A stretch of DNA of 64,000 nt from a virus: positions 33,257 to 97,256 of the IMG/VR virus record IMGVR_UViG_3300030060_008361; one strand, written 5' to 3'. The position numbers were made by a program, and so were the translations under genes. Each line of letters begins with the position of its first letter. The first letter of the stretch is position 1. The notes under the pieces are model-generated. The model was not told the origin of the DNA and searched no databases. It was given only the letters and a program-made list of their open reading frames with translations. Below are positions 22,501 through 28,882 of this stretch, piece after piece.

Positions 22501-24674
22501 AAAATGTCAATAGCCAATTTTTTTACCAACCAGAAGAGAGGCGCCTATCCGGTCTGAATTCTGGACCAAGGCTCCGGCAGACGGTGATAAACAATTCAGC
22601 ACCAAACGCCAAAACCTTTGAAGGTGAGTATCAGGGCGACATCGGCGCCGTATATGCCGCGGTCGGTGGAAATTACACGTCCGGACGAATAAACCTGGAA
22701 GACAATAAAGTGTGGCCACTTTATGGTGCTTCTGATCAATTAGCGTATGTTGCGCACAATATTGACAGGAAAGATTATAGCCCATATGCTAATAAGAATC
22801 AAATATTTACTTCTGCCGGCAGAAACACTTTAGTACCAGTCGTTTATAATGTAGATGGTATATCAAAATATTTTCATTTTGATAAGTTTGAAGCCGGCTC
22901 TGTGTTTAGGGAAGAAAACCTTTATGTCATCACGCGGGCAAGATCTGAAGACTTTTTATCAAAAATGAGTTTAGATGAGTATAGACAATTGGTAAAAACT
23001 GGGTTTATCCGTGACCACCTTAATTTAAAGGGATATTCATTAGGAAACTCGCCGGCGACTGAGAACGAATACAGCAACGCTCTTTCAAAAAACGCACTTC
23101 TGTCCCCAGCAGGCATTTTCAAACATTTAGCTAATCGCATGAATGTACTACTAAGAAAACCACCAAATTCACCTGGAGAACAAGGGCCTCCACTATATAT
23201 GCTTATTATGTACGCAATGAGATCAAATTGGATCAACGCGTTTGAGAACTATACAGATATTCCGCAAACCCTCAACAGGATGATTGATAACCAAGAGGTG
23301 GTTGTTGGAGATGCAATTGTAAATAATCTTTTGTCAAAATCAAAAATACACCAGAAAGCGAGATTAGTTTTTAATGTTCCAAGAATAAAAGACACAATAT
23401 CTGACCAACAATTTAGAAATCTTTTATCATCTGATTCATTAGCACTACTTTCTCAAGAACAGAGAAGCTTTTATATGAATGGAGTACACAGGGCCAACAC
23501 TGCTGCTATGCTTAGCATACCACTTACTTTTAAGCAAGAGGATGTTTCAACCTTCGGTACCGGTACATCATCTGATATATTTGTTGATTGCTACAATTTA
23601 GAAAACCTTAAAGAAAAATTTGAACTGCGCGCCCCATGGATGGCACAGCAACTTTTGGAGCAGGAGGATTCTAAAGTTTATTTTGAATATATATTTCCGA
23701 CAAAAAGGTACCAAGCACTATCAACAATATTTGCCACCACAACTTTGTCAGGGTACAGTACAATGCCCACTTTCATGGAAAGCCCAAAAGCTAGCCTGTC
23801 TTTCCTAATGAACATAGCGGGTTTAAATTCTCAAGAAAGAAGCAGGTTTTTTAATAATATGAGCCAGTCAGATCTTTATAAGGCGTTTACGGATAATAAA
23901 GTATCGGATGCACGTGGAATGGAGTGTTTTGATTTGCCATTTTCTACAGAGTTTTTAGAAGACTTTATGAGTATGTTGTTGGAGGCAATTAAAGAATTTC
24001 CATCTCTTCTCTTCAGGGGTATCGCCAGTGTGGTCGACCCGGCCTACAAAGAGATGAAGCTTCATTATCAAAATTGCGAAATAAATGAGTTAACATTCGG
24101 CGCCATAAATACAAAATCGGCAGATAAGATTGACAGAATAGATCTCAGGCGAGGAAATATCGACAATGCGGAATCGCTCAAAGCAGGTCTTCAGTTTAGA
24201 GAAGATAGAAAGAAAGACGGTAAATATTCACCATTGGTCTCTACTTTCTCTAGAGATATAGTATATTCTTTTGATGAGTTATTATCTTTCACACCAAACA
24301 CAAAGCCAATAAAATATACAATGAGGCATTTTATAAATTATCTCTACAAAGGTCCTTTGTCATTGTTTGACGGAGCATTCCAGTTTACAATACCTTGTGT
24401 AGAAAAAGCAGATTTTAGTTGGGACCCCAGCGGGACTTTGAATTCAGGCCGATACGGTCACCCGATATCTCCACTGACAGCCATTGCTCTAGCTATGCCT
24501 GAATTAAAAGGTGATAAAAAACTTAGAGAAATATCTGGCACATGTTCTATAGAGGATAATAATGTCGCTGCCCTTTATTCTAGAGGTTCCCTGGAGGATC
24601 CAGAGTTACAGTGTGAAGATGTGCCGCCGAATGCTTTCGGGGACAAGATACCAAATCCAGATGATTTCAAATAA
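10593..24674 (+). CDS. Giant (4693 aa) putative virion/baseplate-associated protein with an N-terminal PG_binding_1-like motif
   Basis: 14 kb open frame between the gp5-like gene and gp25; LGDIGRDILIIKHALG...FDKNLQKYITRFQ...FGSIGEATL. Confidence 0.7.
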   Translation: MYNSLYRLEISHPKEKVSFGPRTLGDIGRDILIIKHALGVVKRQAEIAADAGPNEDLSLVDPNHWFDCVKGVPVSNVEAATFDKNLQKYITRFQTENQFYILSYLFSHYAIPETTEKIYAIRRRGSYQAPQLEDHETASTISPWVTSGANRTLLPAGKSISLSSRAEDSPTVQRYQTHQFLSKQVEKISSLYNSEFGSIGEATLAVMHGWLPRTTLSSQSYHYDAKTFEHLSEAHDLVLKPVYYSRFDEDSQNDGIQRSSSEDENIVSSFYNVLDREDSQQVIGEYYRQVSLSEKIDFNLEEEVQISTTSINYSLEDFSLVSYDTSTRSGPTRPDGSGGYESILYKAIEQISDPANNVPRAENIRALSNKDYSEALNRISEPDPLIDPDPFLVNDSTIGYFNRTDYTLENLPPFMPTGDQPDDATTREYSVVIRSLEDKALAEILKFYGKPEIFYLDTRNEEFRKTFIDKSGERAFFNSEDRFFRPKDKEGSLLNSVYKPEKDLVWVLTTMYTEASLNLIETHPGEYEIYQDFETPVPSGLPGAAPVANPNDPLIRFVEFVTPSLRPGDNYRAKFHINKSKLDFIKNGYTDKEQHNLLIQQFSDASKRSQNVINPLNKIDEDCSIKEGESPPPEQTSSPFTIGRSERDEKRRYQEYRALTSKRKKEIQRALREATLESFESNSGANSVNVDLGVLGNANLNFDTFNANPYDYTTGVLNTFGSLISSGVDANISNPTLSKYTDLKISFPNLQSRAQLASSDLRKAYMASIKERITFNDTKFNGAKEALLLGNLPAELRQCIQRNKVPKDPPFRFGDEPFGIGEGNYFDVSPLSRFTGTFLNEIQFTFDQVPGGMQISGIKAGDSYVPTSEIKKYRSLSNPRTVAYLAQIYDMTGGQLNQDLGLKSLFDFDVPACHEIGLGKRGLGYLKKYTPGLKGNLEEFNPISQWYQENVEDPFYKWVDRSKSNLSRTWNTSFNEDQMLQLLGKTCELRVVYKDFLKKLSLPGLLCDFIKCLRLPGFDLKIPNFQLPPFPNIDIFGWYKNLVNFILKQLFDIVVRIACTFVRMIIDFLNFPFCQEQLRDQLYGELSSTSPIVQQAVVDGLTDLGIKMSDDNIDSVKDFAEQSLLFLTGEEVCRLLNGERIDPVSMSMLERLASKNEIDDLNSEDRIIEFFNTIGVFIPDGFCENLQSDALNNWALGSFGCDETTSYVDQIRKRMLAGGASDEEIDKAVELANKNLQDQADKLQALGEVGISDLLPDVVNFGDPNAIINDLPPSLKEQSTTAAKGLFESARMAYLSSLSNFAPSLFLSAPRITRPPDPDFDYDSQIIVSTILERFKIFTLLVEEYEASNPGQPPGRTELVKRLNALYQVYETEGPSGQKVCKTYRWNPDAGIFGSANQGDFYTSDSRNFEPITLQQIAESPPTLEVALKPVGHVENGYYLPLPSDTPPAQREQLRGTNKAPSAAEAGSRFNLNSIECTSIIGEVISVPAISALDSPIEVPIPAICTVIPLEESNLANFTFVMPLLMEVRAVELSNLNAEALPENQQEVLPANLPDIMLNRILVNRITELRSELGFHLTRVSSIKQGNEYLGGIRELFSLTQENMLENLKIENRNQDNRIEVVDVATLNNGPIKLETNFGALQSGLKYQEHLDEQAREREDILESGVRRDAYTIKLYKDNMFRVRNSEGFLDPRTEDNAVEINVCDIIEINQDEKTLYSRRELLARRVAKSLRSFSELYGQVDFTDGQMNSVATAFENKIYSKAMEGVFEQVFFATRQSRIYDEENYYPEFQRRVSGEAYYNEDKQCYKNRFNVPQLAILSFDKIVTEELGSQISKELAKEEGYPYNIDYNSAGPVERAIQNVCLIGFIRICLVELLLKGSLVYTSWDFEEVFQEKSIQEFIFQYIKSELNRKESMKQNWKSMVSQITGIDNYEIALRKLVENQSMKLLDLSKEVFQNAPTAEGDEFLSWYAKNYVPQSHCSKNVQTVSGTRPEIITETLVDTFGNIIGTRSGQESGSRNLGDFYWMHPLRDSSNFDFLTELARTSPAPGDEPPVSVEQLNANAQAASYVEGDDPFFHIEHYLEVVGPLASVESLVIPGRQIVDEIINIPDFSPGNLEESRRNKLTRIRANESRGVPQDHRAIGGAFAGQIRDREYMNISSARARFRNLMPFFERYYASYGFSARPQIEGGAAGTAEERLVEIDFASVNDPNKFSELTEIFHIEDFISALRFALADSNLDKFRNHLLGLMHYVPDPDDFDYPIEDTQLRAAHSMPETIRRTPVRFIKKIRKIIKVKNDFLSHPYKDFYYGQGDILDYRAKIFTDPKQAYQFLETDGTGDSNSFRNSFVNEVEEVQEETRWFIVSANGEDIISILQQADESIFQPNADGRDIARASVSLPKSGRTMLYSSFCSGQHVELHNNLSSNSPEFTKFLDQNKVKLKSGLEDTRPIRSISHHRVAGNNATNFNESRAKIGGLLRVDFETSNGPSKLQLSTSQEGMGAIVLDGGPSDVINLVSGQRNEESKDFLRFQPEQLSDTTHEVFSNKIGEFRNDESYRFYKTQWKNSLGADLISNLGESSALVEEVWHETVIEFSGDSSILAGLYGSQTIGETMDPAVLNFIPDQQTKDKFTNKVLPIVKNQLGQGDRFRSAYGNIYGPTFWYDRKGDNAYAGPARGLGNNIYGPFIARPMGIDKFTNFKFTSGILTNNGKSTQKSDDAKENYLSLISPFKHRVIDWASDAGTSDNPEEVTMVSIFDNLEYMSSRTPSVEGDRYDWLKYNRPYWSDPNIVENMEAEAGGNKFSRTRMYIHKTPKIGFGADEDIRSVAYPKLTLLPPNIYRVPLRLLITQVYIENEVKAAYARFVAPKYIQNMAKDREVDVYNDYDPSQIIPIGSPRPPGVDPYVSGGPTSQNVSTLNQAMRNIFDDYDLFMSRMSLPDRTNRDAIVQRFFFGDNRQFPNFSRETYRSLTSAAENADIKINPHAFNCEMRFDDPKIYCSIERIYSEAFEMETKQATWNSNQELDKLFSENRGFLLRKTQNPIPSQDALEQVMKYTEDNVQVYAGENTVGLNVNPAQDDSEYIHNRGATYNPSVVYKSKTNLINHLESLHYFYHTPVNKFAKGHSHQMFHRITFSIHNLLQWYLRSRTQDSFWGLLTPSNTGKHTAQYGLKGVQAQPLVQHSVYRDDAGRAGRQFVGHRSYYIPTAPWSHAMHRTSFDGNSFGTKADRMRFYFSSEKPQKNIPGRGDNNSNPYCHRYYYRPGVMTLMHDFAEYWKDSRSVGITSFGPQATIHNNPKSIDNYSGDLSFRAWSINYRNFSKTDKIIDSTITRDGIGHYFVNYNRISGPHIKEYGSSMFYGDGRFSLADICNFFCSNITTIFRTAQQLKDSDTRPSGQGQQPLTSLEGFIKKAVDGLFVNQATDGASVYQTDFFKILFKLLESSTTNYDEIGITDSVIRNAFGSLMGDGRDDAGDSWLYTIREILSPGRPLPSSALIGIPRENRIQNRFADKLNAILDTQISFLNEMIKKTGALAQYQVRTESCVNKNNVYSEQEKCLKAMEFMRRLLVFAKQKAPSFMSKLAVMALACRHGFATNMVNMFDNGFNATIGGMSTRTFTRARRIVDGAKYEQAKLGLYWFHVLVAGLGLAGTTGLYNNGADSPIGDDGRAWKDTGTSNYCVLRNKTLVGVQNGYTQALTRIFKLICMPGMFPAGTWLTKQRDKWMNLANKNWKSGKYCSFRINGRQIQDTYDNYTLSFRLGAGYSPFAQLKPRDEFFGGYTGGGSVGHKVAGAPQGGAQYAPMQPGGQSFSRAVMEYGLKPTQAITLEKMTQFLPGGLLNYRASWTNAAATQQWKDTVAANNPDANNTKSAPSIFLNFINRQINSGDPKWDPTLGDRDASPSFPIVFEYEPSRFVNPTIDEILDDLKTIVRNVRSESVGQEEWVRVFIETMTPAFNSDDWSLVTQKGISNLARNYGMEENVNSQFFYQPEERRLSGLNSGPRLRQTVINNSAPNAKTFEGEYQGDIGAVYAAVGGNYTSGRINLEDNKVWPLYGASDQLAYVAHNIDRKDYSPYANKNQIFTSAGRNTLVPVVYNVDGISKYFHFDKFEAGSVFREENLYVITRARSEDFLSKMSLDEYRQLVKTGFIRDHLNLKGYSLGNSPATENEYSNALSKNALLSPAGIFKHLANRMNVLLRKPPNSPGEQGPPLYMLIMYAMRSNWINAFENYTDIPQTLNRMIDNQEVVVGDAIVNNLLSKSKIHQKARLVFNVPRIKDTISDQQFRNLLSSDSLALLSQEQRSFYMNGVHRANTAAMLSIPLTFKQEDVSTFGTGTSSDIFVDCYNLENLKEKFELRAPWMAQQLLEQEDSKVYFEYIFPTKRYQALSTIFATTTLSGYSTMPTFMESPKASLSFLMNIAGLNSQERSRFFNNMSQSDLYKAFTDNKVSDARGMECFDLPFSTEFLEDFMSMLLEAIKEFPSLLFRGIASVVDPAYKEMKLHYQNCEINELTFGAINTKSADKIDRIDLRRGNIDNAESLKAGLQFREDRKKDGKYSPLVSTFSRDIVYSFDELLSFTPNTKPIKYTMRHFINYLYKGPLSLFDGAFQFTIPCVEKADFSWDPSGTLNSGRYGHPISPLTAIALAMPELKGDKKLREISGTCSIEDNNVAALYSRGSLEDPELQCEDVPPNAFGDKIPNPDDFK

Positions 24675-24699
24675 GAAACATTATTTATAAAACAATTTT

Positions 24700-24708
24700 C
24701 TACTTATA
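24700..24708 (+). promoter_or_regulatory. Candidate late promoter CTACTTATA upstream of gp25
   Basis: Intergenic, followed by AGAGG RBS and ATG 24723; shared motif. Confidence 0.5.
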
Positions 24709-24722
24709 GTAGAGGTACTAAA

Positions 24723-25181
24723 ATGGAGTTTTTAAATAGAAAGCCGCAGCTTCAACCAAAATGGCCACTTAGGGTCGGTCCCGAAGATGGACCATATGAA
24801 GCAATAAAAAATACTGTAGAATCCATAAACCAGAATTTTATATTTTTGTTACAAACGATCCCAGGTGAATGGCCTATGAATCCAGATTTAGGAGTAGGTA
24901 TAGCAAGGTATCTTTTCGAAGGTTACCGATCACCTGAATTAGATGAGTTTAAATCTAGGTTAAAAAATCAATTATCTAAATATTTGCCACAAATAAAATT
25001 AATAAATTCCAATTTTATACACTCCGATAGCGACCAGGATTCACTCACCACTATTTTAAGAATAACATATTCGGTAGAGTTGCTAGGCATAATTCAAGAA
25101 ATAGATTTTGGACTTGATAACTCAAATAAAACAAATGTCACCATTAGGTCTTCTAACTCAAAAATTGGAAAAGAATTATAG
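24723..25181 (+). CDS. gp25: Baseplate wedge subunit (T4 gp25/GPW-like)
   Basis: INQNFIFLLQTIPGEWPMNPDLGVGIARYLFE; QLSKYLPQI. Confidence 0.88.
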   Translation: MEFLNRKPQLQPKWPLRVGPEDGPYEAIKNTVESINQNFIFLLQTIPGEWPMNPDLGVGIARYLFEGYRSPELDEFKSRLKNQLSKYLPQIKLINSNFIHSDSDQDSLTTILRITYSVELLGIIQEIDFGLDNSNKTNVTIRSSNSKIGKEL

Positions 25182-25223
25182 AAAAATATATTTACTTTAT
25201 AAAAACATAAGAGAATTAACTTT

Positions 25224-27056
25224 ATGACAACAATAAATACTAAAATTACTAAAAAGAAAGTACCAGTGGATTATACCAAAAAGGGCTTTGAAGAAATAAA
25301 AGAAGATTTAAAAAGCCATATAAAAACATACTATCCAGATACGTATCAGGATTTTAGTAAATCATCTTTTGGTTCGATGATGTTTGATCTGGTTTCTTAT
25401 ATAGGAGACCAGCTTCACTATTATATAGATCACAATGCAAATGAAGCAAATCCAATGTTTTCAAAAGAGGTTTCAAATGTTTTTCAACATATTACAGCAA
25501 TAGGCGGCCAGCCTGAGACTACAGTATCAACTTTTGGACTAGTGGATCTTTATTTGCCAATTCCAGCAAAATCTATTGGAATTGGAGTAGACACAAATTA
25601 TAATTTTGTTATTCATGCTGGATCAACATATAGGACTCAGGGGGGGAACGTTTTCACACAAATGGAAGATGTATCAGTTAACCTGGCAAACTCAGAAATT
25701 ATTGGACACAAAACAAATACAGATGGGTCCAAACTAAGTTATTACTTACTAAAAGCAAAAATACCAATCACCTCTGGAGAAGTTAAAGATTTTGTTGTTG
25801 AAGTGGGTGAATATAGGAAGTTTTTAAAAATAGAAATACCTGATTCTGGAGTGACAGAAATAATAAAAATTCTTGACTCTGAGAAAAGGGAATACTATAG
25901 AGTAGATAATTTAACACAAGACACAATATATAAATCGGTCATCGACCCTTCTGTGGACAAAGATAGTCCAATTAGGGTTAGATTAAAAGCACAGCCAGTA
26001 CCTAGAAGATTTATAAAACAAACAGATTTAGATAGGACATTTATACACTTTGGCTATGGTTCTGGAGGGGACGAGACAACAAACTCTTTAGTTGATCCTT
26101 CAAAACTCGTATTAAAAAGAGCTGGCGGCGAATACATTTCTAGTCCTAAGCAAAACCCGTACAACATCTTAACGTCTAATGCGCTGGGCGTAGCACCGCA
26201 AAATACAACACTTACGATAACATACAGAAGTAACAGCAATCTTAATTCAAATGCCGCAGCAGGAACAATAAATCAGGTTTTAAACCCAATAATGTCCTTT
26301 AACAATGAACACTTGCTAGATGAGGCAAAAGTCTCATATATAAGAGACAATATTCAAATATTCAACGAACAGCCAATTAATGGCCATGTTACAATATCAA
26401 ATACAGAAGAGTTAAAAAAGAGGCATTTAGGTAATTATTCATCGCAAGGTAGAGCGGTAACTAAGCAAGATTATATAAGCGCTATATACTCAATGCCATC
26501 TCACTTTGGGGCAATTAAGAGAGCCTGTGTGGTTAGGGACAACAACGATTTAACAAGAAACCTTAATATATATCTAATATCTGAAAGTGCAGCTGGAAAA
26601 ATGGAAGCACCTTCTTTAATAGTAAAACAGAATTTGAAAACTTGGATAAATTCTATGAAAATGATATCAGATAGTGTTGACCTGTTTGATGCTCATGTCA
26701 TTAACCTTGCATTAGATCTTAAATTTCAAGTGTCACCGAGTTCTAACCCACAGACTCTGCTAACGGAAGTTAAAAGAAAAATTCACGACGAGCTGATGAA
26801 CATAGCACCAGACATAGGAGAGCCGTTTTACATAACAGAGGTTTATAGAATTTTGCGCTCTATACCAGAAGTTGTTTCCGTTCCGCAGAGAGATGGGGTT
26901 ATTGTTAGAAATGTTGTTGGCGGAGGCAGATACAGTAATAACTCCTATGACATAAGGTACAATATGTCAACAGATGAAAGTGTAATATATATACCTCAAG
27001 ACTCCATATGGGAAATAAAATTTTTGGACGATATTAGGGGAACGGTTACAAAATAA
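25224..27056 (+). CDS. gp6: Baseplate wedge protein (T4 gp6/baseplate J-like)
   Basis: DY....FEEIKEDL, YQDFSKSSFG, SYIGDQLHYYID, IHFGYG, RAVTKQDY. Confidence 0.88.
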   Translation: MTTINTKITKKKVPVDYTKKGFEEIKEDLKSHIKTYYPDTYQDFSKSSFGSMMFDLVSYIGDQLHYYIDHNANEANPMFSKEVSNVFQHITAIGGQPETTVSTFGLVDLYLPIPAKSIGIGVDTNYNFVIHAGSTYRTQGGNVFTQMEDVSVNLANSEIIGHKTNTDGSKLSYYLLKAKIPITSGEVKDFVVEVGEYRKFLKIEIPDSGVTEIIKILDSEKREYYRVDNLTQDTIYKSVIDPSVDKDSPIRVRLKAQPVPRRFIKQTDLDRTFIHFGYGSGGDETTNSLVDPSKLVLKRAGGEYISSPKQNPYNILTSNALGVAPQNTTLTITYRSNSNLNSNAAAGTINQVLNPIMSFNNEHLLDEAKVSYIRDNIQIFNEQPINGHVTISNTEELKKRHLGNYSSQGRAVTKQDYISAIYSMPSHFGAIKRACVVRDNNDLTRNLNIYLISESAAGKMEAPSLIVKQNLKTWINSMKMISDSVDLFDAHVINLALDLKFQVSPSSNPQTLLTEVKRKIHDELMNIAPDIGEPFYITEVYRILRSIPEVVSVPQRDGVIVRNVVGGGRYSNNSYDIRYNMSTDESVIYIPQDSIWEIKFLDDIRGTVTK

Positions 27057-28882
27057 TGACTATTAAAAGATATAACTCAGAAAAAGATAACACGATTATA
27101 AATGCCCTTAGGGAAAACTTGACCGCTAGAGGTACAGCCGCAAACCTTGGCTCATCAGATATACTTGAAGTTTTTTCTATTTATGGGCAATCAGCCACAA
27201 GTTCTTTAGAACAAGCAAGAATATTGGTTCAGTTTCCAATATCTTCAATTTCTGCTGATAGGGATAGTGGTATAATCCCCGCTTCTGGATCGGTTACCTT
27301 TAAATTAAAATTACACAACACTCCACATGGACAAACTACACCTAAAAAATACAACCTTATGGCTCATCCGATTGTAAGATCATGGACCGAAGGTGATGGC
27401 TTAGATATGGAACAATACATGGACACAGAGGCTAGCAATTGGATATCTGCTAGTGATGGGGTTGTGTGGCATTCAACGGGTTCGGATTATGCTAGTTCCT
27501 CATACGTCGACCCAGATATAGTTCCACTAGAGTATAAGCAGTATTTTGAGTCTGGAATTGAAAATATTGATATTGATATCACTGGAATAACTGAAGAGTG
27601 GATTAAGCATTACAAAGGAACCAAAACAGCAGCAACTGCAAGTATAAACTTTCTACAGAATCCTTCCGCAGACCAGACTATAAAAATATACTCCCACGAA
27701 GGAGAGGAGTATTTTTACACTTTTATAGCCGGATCCGGCTATTCTGTTAACAATGATGTGTTTCTGCAGTTATCAGGATCAACAGCCGCCACCGCAGAAG
27801 CGTTTGAAAACAGAATTAGATCAGATTTTGCCGGCAAGATTACAACTGAATTTAAAGAATCAGCAACAGTCATAAATTTGACCCAGTCAGTGGCTGGACT
27901 TCACGGAAACACTTATATCACAACAAACGCCCCAGCAAACACTATTAAAGTCGACGGCTTTGGCGGTGGAACAGGTATGCCAAATTATGGACTAATACTA
28001 AAACTCAGAGATGATTATGAAGATGGTTCAAGACTAAGGTCGTACTATACAAAAAAGTTTTATTCTAGAAGTTCTCATGAGTTCTTTCTGAAGCCTAAAG
28101 TAGAGGCCCAATGGGATGGTGCCACAAAAGACGATAGAAATTATATATTAAAGTCTAGCAGCTTGGCACCAGCAAGCGACAACTTAAACAATATCTACCT
28201 TTACAACAGAGTGAGGGGGAACCTGGTAGATATACCAAACACAGGTACGAGTATAATAGTTGAATTTTACCCAACTTTAGGAGGCTCTAAAGAAAATATA
28301 GTACAGGTTAGCGGACCAGCCGCAGATCACGTTTCGGCTAGCCGTGAAAGCGAGGGGGTATACAAGGCAACCTTTGCTTATTCCGGATCAGAAACAACCC
28401 TATATGATGTATGGTCTAGATCCACAAATGGAACAGAGGTTGAGTTGGTTACCGGTTCCGGGTTTACAGTATATACAGATCCTGTAGATGCCACATATTC
28501 AGTTCCAGATTATGTAGCAAATATAACAAACTTGAAATCTTCTTACTTACAGTCCGAAAAAGCGACCTTTAGAGTCTACACCAGAAATAAAAATTGGTCA
28601 CCAAATATATACACAAAAGCAACTCAAGACGCCCCGGTAAATAATATAAGAGATATGTATTATAAAATAACTAAAGTTTCGGACAATTATGAGGTAATAT
28701 CATATTCGACTGGAAGTAGTACTAGTTACTCTTCTCTTTCATACGATAAAGACGGCTCTTATTTTGATTTAGATATGGCGCTTTTACAAAAAAATAATGC
28801 CTATGAAATATCATTTGTTTTTAAAGACGGGGCTAATTATATAGAGCTACTAGAAAAGTTTAGGTTTAGAATTGATCCATGA
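27056..28882 (+). CDS. Baseplate/virion structural protein (DNRLRE-like beta-sandwich plus inserted module)
   Basis: DNTI, ARILVQF, RSWTEG, IDIT, NYGLILK, FYSR...KPKVEAQW; follows gp6. Confidence 0.65.
   Translation: MTIKRYNSEKDNTIINALRENLTARGTAANLGSSDILEVFSIYGQSATSSLEQARILVQFPISSISADRDSGIIPASGSVTFKLKLHNTPHGQTTPKKYNLMAHPIVRSWTEGDGLDMEQYMDTEASNWISASDGVVWHSTGSDYASSSYVDPDIVPLEYKQYFESGIENIDIDITGITEEWIKHYKGTKTAATASINFLQNPSADQTIKIYSHEGEEYFYTFIAGSGYSVNNDVFLQLSGSTAATAEAFENRIRSDFAGKITTEFKESATVINLTQSVAGLHGNTYITTNAPANTIKVDGFGGGTGMPNYGLILKLRDDYEDGSRLRSYYTKKFYSRSSHEFFLKPKVEAQWDGATKDDRNYILKSSSLAPASDNLNNIYLYNRVRGNLVDIPNTGTSIIVEFYPTLGGSKENIVQVSGPAADHVSASRESEGVYKATFAYSGSETTLYDVWSRSTNGTEVELVTGSGFTVYTDPVDATYSVPDYVANITNLKSSYLQSEKATFRVYTRNKNWSPNIYTKATQDAPVNNIRDMYYKITKVSDNYEVISYSTGSSTSYSSLSYDKDGSYFDLDMALLQKNNAYEISFVFKDGANYIELLEKFRFRIDP
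27617..27976 (+). repeat. Inserted ~120-aa module, copy 1 (TAATASI...TAATA...INLTQ..AG..GN...FGGG)
   Basis: Protein-level similarity to copies at 32350, 33820 and 40081. Confidence 0.65.

Noticed and set aside
10593-24674. Tape measure protein call for the 4693-aa ORF
   Set aside because: No Ala/Gly-rich helical repeats or TMP motifs visible; many Pro/aromatic globular-looking segments
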